Shown here piece by piece: positions 52,271 through 64,000 of a DNA stretch of 64,000 nt. The DNA is taken from contig CM075989.1 in the NCBI GenBank assembly GCA_038087875.1, forward strand, positions 16,494,001 to 16,558,000. Reading direction: 5' to 3'. The position numbers were made by a program, and so were the translations under genes. The first letter of the stretch is position 1. Each line of letters opens with the position of its first letter. The notes beneath the pieces are model-generated. The model did not search any database and was not told the origin of the DNA. It was given only the letters and a program-made list of their open reading frames with translations. Source of the stretch: Malacoraja senta (taxonomy: Eukaryota).

Positions 52271-52849
52271 CTTGTGGATCAGCCACATCAACACTGTAGC
52301 CACAAGGGCAGGTCAGAGACTTTGTAACCTGGGGTAAATGAAGCACCTCCTGACACCTCCAAACATTTTTCCCATCTACAAGGCACAAGTCTATGAAGGA
52401 CTTCCTCAGATACACATGTACCCACAGACATCATTGAAGGCAAGTGTTGGTCTAAATCATGGTAATCCCTACCCAACAGCACTGTGTAAGGAGTTTTACC
52501 AGAGACTGTTGCTGTTCAAAGAGGGGACTCATCATCACATTCTCAAGGGAAATTAATAATGGATAATAAACACACATATCACATCAATCAGGACTGAAAG
52601 AATATAATAAATCAGACAATAGATCCTGAACGTGACAAAACTGGAACAGAAGCTGCACAGCCTGTATACAAATCAGGAAATACTGAGCCAAAGGGCAGCG
52701 AACCCTTTAAACCTGAAAACAAAGGAAGTACTGCAATGATGAAAGTCACAGGAATCTTTTAGGAAACAGGTTTGTCGAGAATTATGTTGTAGATGACCTT
52801 TTTAATAACTGGTACCTGCCAATTACGTCAATCGCAAGGTTCCTATGTG

Positions 52850-53170
52850 GTGTAACTCAGCGGGACAGGCAGCATATCTGGAGAGAAGGAATGGGTGACG
52901 TTGTGGGTTGAGACCCTTCTTCAGATTGAGAGTCGGGGGAGAGGGGGACCAGAGATGTGGAAGGGAAAAGTGTGAAAATGACAGATCAAAGCAGACGATG
53001 TTCAAGGAAATGTAGAATGGTTCATTGTTAGCTGAGGGGAAGATGATGAGGCATACAGTCAGTAAAATTAATCAGGACAGTGAAACTAGTTGTACAACCT
53101 AGGGTGATGGAGGGACAGAGAGAGGGAATGCAAGGGTTACTTGATGTTAGAGAAATCAATATTCATACCG
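52850..53170 (-). mobile_element. Penelope-like 3' region with broken hammerhead motif
   Basis: Minus reads CTGAAGAAGGGTCTCAACCC-ACAA-CGTC (GAAA mutated). Confidence 0.7.
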
Positions 53171-53919
53171 TGTCCTATGTGGCGTGAAGTTTACTAGCAT
53201 TACATACCTGCAGCAGTAGAAAGCAGCAATGGAAAAAAACATTACGAAGCTGAAAGCAGAGTATTTCTGCAAATTGTCAGGAACAATCCTCATAATGAAT
53301 ACTAATCTCCAGTGCTGGGAATTAATAATATGAGGCTCACTTGATTACATCACATAAATTTGGAAACATCAAAGGCTGGAAATAGACAATTTTACAGACA
53401 GTTGTATTAATACAAGCCAACATCTACATCTAAATGAGTTTGGTTTAGTTTAATGTGATAAAGGACTCCAACTGAAATATTAGATGGTCTTTTTATTCCA
53501 ACTGTGACTAACTAATCGTGTAACTCCAGTTTTCAATCTTTACGATTTGTATCCCAGTGAGCTAAAAACCTTAATTTTTCACACAGCAATTATAAACAAG
53601 TATTGACTTACCCTTTCAGTTTGTTTTTTTTTAAGACATTTTAAATTCACATCTGGCATAGTACCCAAACTGGAAGATTAAGAACCATTTTTTTATTTTA
53701 ACATTTATTTATAGTGATAATCCTTCTCACTGTGGTGGTGGTACAGGAATGATATGATGTGGACTGTGATGGAAGGAGAGCTCAGAGCAGTTGAAAGTCT
53801 TCCTGCTATTTTTTAGTTGTCAACTGGCTTATGGCAGCACTGAAGTCAGGGTCTTTTGGAGGAGTTGAGGAAGGGGGTGGAAGGATGGCTGGCCCTTCAT
53901 CTGCTTCCCTGATTGCAGC

Positions 53920-54240
53920 TTTTAGTTTTTAGTTTAGAGATACATCGCAGAAACAGGCCCTTTGGCTCACTGAGTCCACACCAATCAGCAATCCCCGTAC
54001 ATTAACACTATCCTATACAAATTAGGGACAATTTATACAATTTTTACCAGGCCAATTAGCTTACAAACCTGTACGTCTTTGGAGTGTGGGAAGAATCCGG
54101 AGCACCAGGAGAAATCCCACGCACAGGTCACAGGGAGAATGTACAAACTCCATACAGACAGCATCCCGTAATCAGGATCGAACGCGAGTCTCTGGCGCTG
54201 TAAGGCAACAACTCTTCTGCTGCGCAATCGTGCCACCCCA
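53920..54240 (-). mobile_element. SINE (HE1/V-SINE-like), near full length
   Basis: Reverse-complement head, V-domain and tail. Confidence 0.88.
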
Positions 54241-54829
54241 TATGTCGATACACAGTTGATAGCCATGTCGCCAAGATTGAAACAGTTTTCACTTAGAGCT
54301 CGTTAAATGAAAGCGCTTTGAGATACCAGGTCATTTGAAATCGAGCCCAATATCCAGCAGATACAATTGAGCATTCAGTCTTGGATGAATTTAACCTCAA
54401 CGTCCGACAAATGAATGGACAATGAACCACTTAATCGCCTTGTGTTAACTTATTATGTCAGAACAAGACACAGAAAATTAACTAATTTGAAAAACTATAG
54501 CCCATTAATATAATTAATGACCCATAATTTAGTCATTTCTAACTTTCTACTTTGCATTTGACTACTGTAATCATAAAGTCCACATCTTAGTATTTGGCCA
54601 TGAATGCATTAGTTCTGACCAAATTAAATAAACTGTCAATTAAGTGCTATTGAACATCATTTCTGACTTACTTTTTGATGAATAAATTCTATATAAAAAA
54701 AAATAATAATGGGCTGGGGTAGACCAGATTTCTTGATGCATGGCTCAAATGCCAGCCTATTTCCTTTGCAATTTCCTTATTAACTAATTCTAATGTGTCC
54801 CTAAATGGCAATATACTTAGAAAGTAGGA

Positions 54830-55780
54830 TATGGATAACAAGGAAGCTCATATCTGACAGAACAAAGCGGAAAATTAGAGTGCAACCAAAAAGGGAAATC
54901 TGGCAAGCAAATAAAGGGAAAATATATTGCCGAAAAAAGCAAAGAAAATCCATGCATGTCCATAAGGAGTAAGATAACCAAGGAAAGAGTTCTTTTAAAT
55001 ATCAAGAAGGTTACTATTGGTGTGAATAGTTTGGATCTGTCTTCATTAAAATGAGTGATGGTGACTATATTGTATTCAAAGAAACTGGGAGGAATATAAG
55101 ATGAGATAAACATAGTAAAAGAGAAAGTATTAAGAGATTAGCATTTATAACCAAACTTGCTGAGATTAAATTAAAGCACTTTTGAGATACCAGATCATTT
55201 GAAATCGATCCCAATATCCAGATTGAGTTTTCAGTCTTGGATCAGCAATCCCCGTACAATAACACTATCCTATACACATTACTGAACAAACTGAAGGATT
55301 TAAATTGAGCTTGGACAAAGCAACTTCTCTGCAAATAAGACTTAGAACATCTAGACTTACCAATGGTCATTTCTAGTGGGCCTTAACCATTGAGCACCCC
55401 CGGTTTCCTGGGACATATGAAAAATTGACACCTTCAATGAGTTGATCATGATTCTTAAGAAACTCAGTTATGTGGAGATGCCAAATAGGTGTGGTTGTTC
55501 TTCCTATGTTAGATAAGCTTAAAGAGATATTTCATATAAATGTTGATAATTGTGAGGGGTTTTGATCAAATAAATAAAGAGAAACTGTCACTATCAATGG
55601 GTGAGTCAGCGAATAGAGGTCACAGATTAATATGCTTAAGGAAAATGAGCAAATTTTGTTTTCAGAGCTGTTAATAATTATCTGGAATGTCCTGCCTGAA
55701 GAGGTGAACAAAATAAACATCAGTTAACTTTCAAGATAATTGCTGAGCAATTGAACAATGAAGGGTGACTAATTGAGTTG
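54830..55780 (+). mobile_element. Very old CR1 remnants
   Basis: Degenerate ...aaaggttttgat...ggtcacagatt...atctggaatgtcctgcctgaa. Confidence 0.45.
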
Positions 55781-56423
55781 ATCTTTCAATTTGTTGCCAG
55801 CAAAATTCTAGGAGGTGCGTCATTTAGCAATATTCTGCAAACCACGAGGATCTCCCTCTCCCTTCCCAAAGGAAAAAAGCTAAGCATATAAGCTATTAAC
55901 TTAGATGCCAACAATGGAAAACCACGGACCATCTCTTGTGTTACCATGTTTTTCTTTCTAACTGTGTTTTACACTAATGTTTTTTGGATAGTATTTTATC
56001 TTTTTACTGTTCTGCAGAATGTTGTGCAATTTATGAGTAATTTATATTTGTATGTGTTTGTCTGAATCTATGTGCCTACGATGGCAGAACTGGAATTCAC
56101 CAGTACTGTTCTTGTAATATCAAACTTGCAATTCTGAAAAATGAAAGGCAATGAATTTTTAAAGCTGCCACTTACGCCAGCTGTTCTTTTATTACCGTTA
56201 AAACTGATAATTTAGACTTAAAGTTGTAATCTTGGAATCGACCCTAAGATATTTTATAGATATTTGCATAATTTATGAAAAAATTAAATCAAACTGAGAA
56301 TTGGAAAGAAAAGAAGGAAGGAAACAAAGTCTTAAATACTTTTAACGAACTAAGTGAAGACTGAACATGATCTCTTAAGTTATGAATTTATGACACTGAC
56401 ACAAAAATCCAAATTCAACTCAC

Positions 56424-56547
56424 CAGGTGAAATACCAGTGTAGATATCGGTGAACCTGGGGTCTCTGTCTTGTGAAAACAATGGGTCCGTTTTGTCCATT
56501 GATTTCCCGTGCTCTTGAACACCAGCAGATACAGATGAAACGGGGAC
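56424..56547 (-). CDS. ARNT2: ARNT2 coding exon (124 nt)
   Basis: ttaatag|GTC CCC...CCT G|gtgagt encodes VPVSSVSAGVQEHGKSMDKTDPLFSQDRDPRFTDIYTGISP. Phase 0 in, phase 1 out. Confidence 0.95.
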
Positions 56548-56733
56548 CTATTAAACAAAAAATGACATCAGCCCTATTATACCATTATTTATTTCCAGAA
56601 TACAGGCATTGATTTAACAAGATATATCATTCTTCTTTTTTTAATTGTAATCTCATGCAACTTTGAAAAAATTAATCAATTTGTGCCATGGGCTCGGTTT
56701 TTAAGCATTGCTTATAAGAATGTGACACATTAC

Positions 56734-56809
56734 CTGGGAAGGGTCATAGGAAGGTAGACCTTCCCTAGGACCAACTTCTAGTTCAGCTTGTTGTTGTTGC
56801 TGAAGTTGC
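56734..56809 (-). CDS. ARNT2: ARNT2 coding exon (76 nt)
   Basis: ttacag|G CAA CTT CAG...TCC CAG|gtaatg encodes (K)QLQQQQQAELEVGPREGLPSYDPSQ. The first G completes AAG with the upstream exon. Matches the ARNT2-type KQLQQQQAELEV segment. Confidence 0.95.
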
Positions 56810-59609
56810 CTGTAACATAGAATAAGAAGGGGAGGGAATCATGGCAGCACTTATTTAAATACATTTCATACTTTAGAATGCAGAGCTGGTTCCCAACTGA
56901 TTATAATGCAGAAACCAAAACTATTTGAAGACAAAACGTAACTTCTAAATGATTACAGATTTATCTAGTATGAGCTGCAACAATAATTATACAGAATCAA
57001 AACATAAAATTCTACATTTATACCTGTGTATTATATTTAGAATTCCTTAACAAGTATGTGAAGATCTATTGCATTTGTTACAATTCTCCTTTAAAAAAAA
57101 ATTAAACTTCAGAATCATGCAAATATCACTTGGATTGCAGAGAATTGATAAGAAAACTGTTAATAAAAATCACCATCTATTACACCTCATATTAATGATT
57201 GTATTTTAATTATTCATAGGATGGGTCAGTCTATCCTGAATTCCCATCAAAGAAAGAGGTTGTGGATTGTTGGAGATTAACAATAATTTGAGGAAATTCC
57301 TACAAAGTCCTAAACAAACAGCATTGTGAGAACAGCACAGTGGCATAACTAGTAACTGCCTCAAAGCTTCTCGATCCGGCTGAGTATGGATCAGTAGGGT
57401 AAATGGCTAATGCAAATTACCCCTACCAAGTAGGTGAGAGGGCAAATTGAAGAGATCTTAGGGAGAATAAAATGAGAATAAAATGGCTGGCATCAACTCA
57501 GTGGGCCAAAGGACCTGATTCCACACTCAATTACTCTATTGCTTTGCTTTCCTTATGACAAGAGAGAATGAAAGGACAAGAGACAATACAGAATCATAAT
57601 GGTCAGTTAGTGAAAGCCTTCTCAGGAATTTCACATATGATTACAATTACATGGGAATCCATGCTTTATTCTAAACTGTATTTGTTTTCTGTGGCAGTAT
57701 TCTAAATACATGCTATGTTTAAAATATGTATTTGTTGAATGGGGCAATTCAGTTTTCTAGCACATTGTTGGAGTATTTGAGGGTTTTTTCCCCCTCTTTG
57801 GTCACCATTAGTATAGCTTTTGGATATAAATTTGCTTCACAAAATACTGCAGCAAATAATGTATTACAAATGCCCCGACAATTCATTATTATTCCCCATT
57901 CACATTTGAAATTCAACCATCCACAATAGTATCTCAACTTTAATTACCAAGTTGCCTTTCTACTCTTCTAATTTTTGTATTTTCTGCTCCCTGCTGAAGG
58001 TCAAATTAATCCTTAAATTTCTACCTCCTTTGTATATTCATCTGTAGAACACCCAAGTTTACATCAGAAATTATGCCTTTGTGCATCTTGTATTTGTAGT
58101 CAGCGAAACCTAAAAATGGCAGATGCTGGAAATCTGAAGTAAAAGAGAAATGCTTGAGATGCTCTACAGGTTGCTGGAGAAGGAGATCACTGATCTCCAC
58201 AGCTGGTCTGGACCATATTATTTTGCAACTGTCTCTCTGTGGATACAGTACATCTCACCCATCCACCTTCACATCTCACCTATCCATCTTTACCGTCAAT
58301 GCTGACAATGCAGTTAACAATATCATTAAGCTTGCTCTCTTTTATATGCACCATGAATTTTTCCACCAGTTCTAATCACCTCTGTGACATCTTCTGCCAC
58401 TTGCTAAACCACAATGTATTGTTAATTTAAAATGCACACACTGACTGAGGCAGTATACTGTATTTAACTGACCCTGCTCATGAAATCAGGCTTCCTACAG
58501 AGGTGTTAAAGGCTGGAGTTATCTGTATTCAGCACAAATTTAGTGCACTGCCTGTCTTGGGTTGAATAGACATCATTTCTCAGGGGCAGGCCAATTAACC
58601 CCAAGATTCAGAGTGTAGCTCAGACAAAGAAAGATCATCTTGACAGAAAGAAAAGGGAAAAGTGCAATGGTATTAGAAATCTGAACTATATGTGACCAGA
58701 CCCCAGCTTTGTGGTTGATTGTTAAATGTTCTCTGAAACAGTCGATTATGATCATACTGTGTTGAACTGGCAAGGTTCATGATAGAAGTAGTAAAATGCA
58801 GCCAAAGCAAGAGGTGATATCATATTCAAGGAGCATTTTAAAGGAAAATAGGTGGAGATGTGAGGAAGTTGAAGTGAGGGGATTGAAACGCCTGTGGTAT
58901 GGACAGCTGAACACAAGGCTGCTAATGGATGCACAAGAACCCAGAATTGGAGAAGTACAGAATCCTTGCAAGGCAAACATTAAAGGCATAGGGTGAAGGA
59001 TGGTCAAGGAGGGAACTCGGATTAGTAGTGCGAATTTTAAAGTTGAATCATGGTTGGTTTGTGAGCCTATTTAGTTCATCGAGCAGAGTGAAAAGGTGCA
59101 CAGGACACAGTGAATTAGGATACAAGCAGCAAAAGGTTGGGTGAGCTCAGAGTGATGTATGGTGCAAGGTAGTAAAGAAATAAGATAGCCGAGTCTATGG
59201 CCTCAAGAGTATAAGGGTTTCAGATGGTCTGAAGCAAAGGCAAAGGCAAGCAATTTAGAGATTTGATCAAATCTCCTTTAACTATTGAAATTTACCACCT
59301 GGAGAGCGCACAGCATTATAAAACCAGAGAGAGCTCAAACCCAGAGGTCTGAAGTGTGGCTTCATAAGGCTTCAATTGTTACATGACTGACTAACAGACC
59401 CTTGAAGAAACAATGTTAAGACCCCGATAAGAAATAATATGGAGTATGGATAGCATGTTACAAACAAGCACTCCACATCCTAAACTAGGACAAGTGAGGG
59501 ATAATTGCTCTCAGGGGAGTAAATCTGCTATTGAACCTGATCTGGCCGAAATGTTACTCCAAACCCCACCCTATGTGGTCGACTATTAAAAGCCCCCAAA
59601 AATGATCTA

Positions 59610-60930
59610 CAGTGCCCTCCATAATGTTTGGGACAAAGACCCATCAATTATTTATTTGCCTCAGTACTCCACAATTTGAGATTTGTAATAGAAAAAAAAT
59701 CACATGTGGTTAAAGTGCACATTGTCAGATTTTAATAAAGGTCATTTTTATACATTTTGATGTCACCATGTAGAAATTAGAGCAATGTTTATACATCGTC
59801 CCCCCATTTCAGGGCACCATAATGTTTGGGATACAGCAATGTCATGTAAATGAAAGTAGTCAAGTTTAGTATTTTGTTGCATATCCTTTGCATGCAATGA
59901 CTGCTTGAAGTCTGCGATTCATGGACATCACCAGTTGCTGGGTGTCTTCTCTGGTGATGCTCTGCCAGGCCTGTATTGCAGTTTATGCTTGTTTTGGGGG
60001 CCAGTCACCTACATAGAAACATAGAAAATAGGTGCAGATTCATGGCTGATCATCCAACTCAGTATCCTGTACCTGTCTTCTCTCCATACCCCCTGATCCC
60101 TTTAGCCACATCTAACTCCCTCTTAAATATTGACCAATTTTTAGCTTTGAAAAACTCCTTTGTTGCTTTAGCAGTATGTTTGGGGATCATTGTCTTGCTG
60201 TAGAATGAACCACCGGCCAATGAGTTTTGAGGCATTTGTTTGAACGAGCAGATAGGATATGTCTATACACTTCAGAGTTTAACTTGGTTTCCTTGGTCCT
60301 GAAAACTCCAATGAGCCAATTAAAATGCCCGGTCAGCGAAGGAGATTGCCTACGTCTGCCCTCGACTGCCTATAACTACATAGCGACCCCACTCCACTGC
60401 ACTACGAGTTCAAAAGAACCATGCCGACCAATTTTTACTCGTGGAAAAATTTTCAACATGCTGAAAATGTTTCCGTGACCAAACTGAGGCCGCGAGTATG
60501 CGGAAACTTCCCTCGAGCATGAAGGAGAGTTCCAGTGACCTCATAGGACCTCCTCGGACCACGTGTCGACCATGCTGCGAGTTTGAGTCGAGGGCAAACT
60601 CTTTTAAACTCGCAGATTAGGTCGCTGCAGTGGGACAGCCCCTTTATACCTGCATTAAGGAGGCAATTCAACACACCTGAGCAATTACAAACACCTGTGA
60701 AGCCATGTGTCCCAAACATTATGGTGCCCTGAAATGGGGGGACTATGTATAAACACAGCTGTAATTTTTACATGGTGAAACCAAAATGTATAAAAATACC
60801 CTTTAATAAAATTTGACAATGTGCACTTTAACCACATGTGATTTTTTTCTATTACAAATCTCAAATTGTGGAGTACAGAGGCAAATAAATAAATGATGGG
60901 TCTTTGCCCCAAACATTATGGAGGGCACTG
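59610..60930. mobile_element. Internally deleted Tc1-like element with about 225-bp IR/DR TIRs, TA TSD and nested insertions
   Basis: TA|cagtgccctccataatgtttggg...cccaaacattatggagggcactg|TA, with an inner DR ccataatgtttggg near each TIR end. Confidence 0.92.
60281..60643. mobile_element. Truncated Harbinger-type MITE nested in Tc1
   Basis: Right end cagtgggacagcccct|TTA. Internal blocks (ccttggtcctgaaaact, tttttcaacatgctgaaaa) are shared with 40448-41182. Confidence 0.75.
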
Positions 60931-63239
60931 TATTATCACATTGAAAGAAAGTTGAACTGCAGAGCTTCTAGCAAGCACCTACTACCATTAATTCAAGACT
61001 AATTAGGATGGTAATAAATGCTGGTCTTGCCAGCAAGTTCCATAAAAATGAACAAATAAAAAGTTCCCTGGCTGTTTTCTTCAAAACTATGTTGATGTCA
61101 AATATAAATACATTTAACATTTCATGCCTGACACAACATCAATGAACCATGGAGGCTATTGCAAGATTAAACATATTTGAAATGTCAATCTGTTTGATGG
61201 GTCGTTGAACTTTTCAGATTTTACACGTACGAGCCAGAAAGTTATCTGCAATCAATTAAAATAACCCTATCATACTGCTATCATGAAAATGGTACCTCAT
61301 GCAACAAGCAGGAATGCTCACAGCTGATTATTCTGTCAACATGGTCCAAAGTACAAGCAGTAATGACCATTGTTGGTTAAACCAGGAGAGCAAGTTTAGG
61401 AGGCTGGGGCCAACATACTGTTTACTCCAATGATTTAAAGAAATAATATTGTCAATGGCTATTTTAAGCACATTGTTCATTTGTAAGTGTTTTGATAGAG
61501 CATATAACAATCAGGTCACGGAGGAATGCAATTTCTTTTGTAATGTACAAAATGAGTTAATTCGCTTATCTTGTCAACATAGATTGCAAGATGGATAAAT
61601 ATTTGTGAAATTATTACAAATTCCTCCACATGAAACATACTTTTTAAATTAGGATGAGAGATACTGTCTATAACCCAAATATGTTATTCAGTTCTGACGC
61701 TGGGCTTTTGATCAGAAACATTAACTTTGTTTCTCTGTCCACAGATGCTATCTGACCGGCTGAACGTTTCCAGCATTTTCTATTTTTATTTCAGATTGCC
61801 ATCGTTTTTTTTGATTCTCCTTCATCATATTTATGGATTTCTCTTGCCAAGGCTCACCCACTACCATATTCAAAAATGCAGGCAAATTATCAGTAAAAGG
61901 CATATTTGCTGTGAATGATAGCAGCAATTAGGAATTTTAACCTGGCCACATAATTTCATTGCAATAAAGCAGTAAGGAGGATCAAGAATGTTGCAATGAT
62001 AGGTCAGCAAATTAAATTTGTCATAAATCAAAATAATGTTGTTTTATTATGTGGCACATTCAAACATCAAGCATGCAGCTCATGACTGGGCTCTTCACAT
62101 TCAGGGTGTCAGTGTCTTGAGTTATTATTATTGCAAGATATCATTCTAATCACAGAGAAGGGGAAGCTTTGAGAGGTAACGGACTGCACATTTTAAAATA
62201 CATTAAATTAACCTATTGGAGTTCAAAGCCTAGTTAAACCTCCTGTGATAAATACAATTATCATTAAAGATGTAACAATATCCTTTTGCACACAATAAAT
62301 GATTAGGATGATTATTATTTCTCATGACATGCATTCTGCAAGCTAAGTAGAAAATTAATAGAAATTTATACCCATAACAATATTCCTTTCAAGTATATCA
62401 TCAATCTATTGCATGAGAAAACAATCCAAATTATTTTGAGCAAATAGGGTGTGAAAAATATTCTTATACAAGACAGATTTGTTAATCTTTGAACCACTGC
62501 AATACACATAATATATATCTTTTCTCCCATTTTGTCTTTATTTGTTTAAAAATATATATAAATATATTAAAAAATAAAGAGACAAAAAAAGTCAATATGG
62601 GAGAGAAGGACCGCTGTCAACATCAAGAAATACCATGAATAGAATAACACAAGCCATAGTCTGGAATCATGGATCCATTGTATACAAATGGGCTAGTTTG
62701 ACCTGGATGGTGTTGAACTTCATTAGAATTATTAATGCTGCATTCAACCAGGCATGTGGAGAGTATTCCACTGCACTCGTGATTTGTGCACATGATGGAA
62801 AAACCATGTCAGGAGTCTCTCACCACAGGGTATCCAACAGCTAACATGCTCTGATAGCCATAGTACTTACATGGCTATGAGATCTCTGGTGAATGATGAC
62901 TCCCGTAATGTTAATGAGACTGGGTGTAGTCCATGGTAACATCATGAAATATCAAAAGCAGCTGGTTGGACTCCCTCTTGTTAGAAAATGTCATTAATTG
63001 GCACTGTTGTGGCTGTAACATTACTTGCCCATGTTAGTAGCCCATGGCTGCACATTTTCTAGGTCTTGTTGCATGCAGACCTGGACAAGTCCATTTCCTG
63101 AAGAGCTGCAAATGAAACTGAACATTGTGCAACTATGACTGGACATCTTCATTTCTGACCTTTTCATGCAGTAACTGGTTCATCCCAGCTTCTGAAATGG
63201 TCTAGACTGAAACACAACAGATGGCACCTCATTTTTAGC

Positions 63240-63535
63240 TATGAAAATAGAAAATGTTGGAAACATTCAGCAGGTCAGGCAGCATCTGTGAAAAGAGAAA
63301 TTGTCAATGTTTCAAATCCTTGACCGTTCGGCAGAACTGGAAAGAGAGAAAACAAGTTAGTTTTTGTTGGCCAAGATGGTGGAAACAGGGAAGAGTAGAA
63401 CAAAAGGATTATCTTTGATAGAAGGCATCAAATCACATTTATTCTTAGATATGTTCGACGATGCTCCAGGCATAACCCTCTGTGTTTCTTGCAGAACCAG
63501 GGATTGCAATGGAATACATACCTGCATTGACACAG
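63240..63535 (-). mobile_element. Old Penelope-like fragments
   Basis: aaatgttggaaacattcagcaggtcaggcagcatctgtg terminal-repeat-like segment. Confidence 0.45.
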
Positions 63536-63852
63536 ACCCTGGTCTGTACTTCTGACATTAAGTTGGTCTGTGAAAGCTCACAGAACTTAAAGATTACTTG
63601 CCGTTTCTGCATGCAGTTTCACCGATAAGGACTCCTTCATCCCCCCCTTAACATCAGAAGACTCAAGCTTTCATGCTCTGTAAATTTTGATTTATTGCCC
63701 CCTGGCTTGTTCAATAAAGGAAGATGAACCAAATACCTGATGAATAAACCCACCTCATGTGACCACCTTAAACGTGAACCAGACCTGTAATTCACTTTTA
63801 ACTGGTTCATTTTCCTACATCACGACTGAACACATCTTTTACGTACACTTAC

Positions 63853-64000
63853 TTTACATTTGTATTGGTGCAGATTATATATTCAATTTCATCCGAGTAA
63901 GGATTCTGGAAAGTAAAACTGCTTGTCCGTATCCATAACCATTCTCTGCCTTTTGTTCGGAAACGGTACATCACTGATAGGACTTGCCCTTTCAATTTCA
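63853..64000 (-). CDS. ARNT2: ARNT2 coding exon, end of PAS-B/PAC (runs off window end; equivalent to about human exon 12)
   Basis: Manual translation [48 protein letters not shown](K). Ends AA|gtaagt (phase 2). Not in the ORF track. Confidence 0.96.

Noticed and set aside
241..63555. Most ORFs in the supplied six-frame track
   Set aside because: They are short, often start at non-ATG codons, and fall in repeats or are antisense shadows. No coherent protein similarity except the ARNT2 exons and TE remnants.
22496..64000. Calling the gene ARNT (ARNT1) or BMAL
   Set aside because: Post-PAS exons (QLQQQQ..AELEV, RDPRF, QQIYSQG, WTGSRPPF, PADP..SPLSSP, SLANR) follow ARNT2.

Overview
Eukaryotic, repeat-rich vertebrate genomic DNA. 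The repeat complement (HE1/V-SINE-like SINEs, CR1/HER1 LINEs, Penelope-like elements) points to a cartilaginous fish, probably a skate or ray. The only host gene I can support is ARNT2 (bHLH-PAS transcription factor) on the minus strand. Six consecutive, phase-compatible coding exons (63853->64000, 56734-56809, 56424-56547, 39581-39680, 35654-35795, 22496-22664) cover the end of PAS-B and most of the C-terminal region. The last two expected exons were not found, and a 200-N gap lies at 12769-12968. The rest is intronic or intergenic sequence holding CR1, Rex1/Babar-like, RTE-like and Vingi-like LINE fragments, SINEs, two defective Tc1 elements, Harbinger-type MITEs and Penelope-like elements. 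The most notable signals are: (1) a dispersed family of minimal hammerhead-ribozyme-like motifs in Penelope terminal repeats, several sense to the ARNT2 pre-mRNA, including TSD-flanked foldback mini-elements; (2) a young Penelope copy with an open GIY-YIG ORF; (3) a Tc1 derivative with two 3' ends; (4) local templated-insertion scars. Family names and comparisons with human proteins are from memory, not database searches. Repeat boundaries are approximate unless a TSD is quoted.
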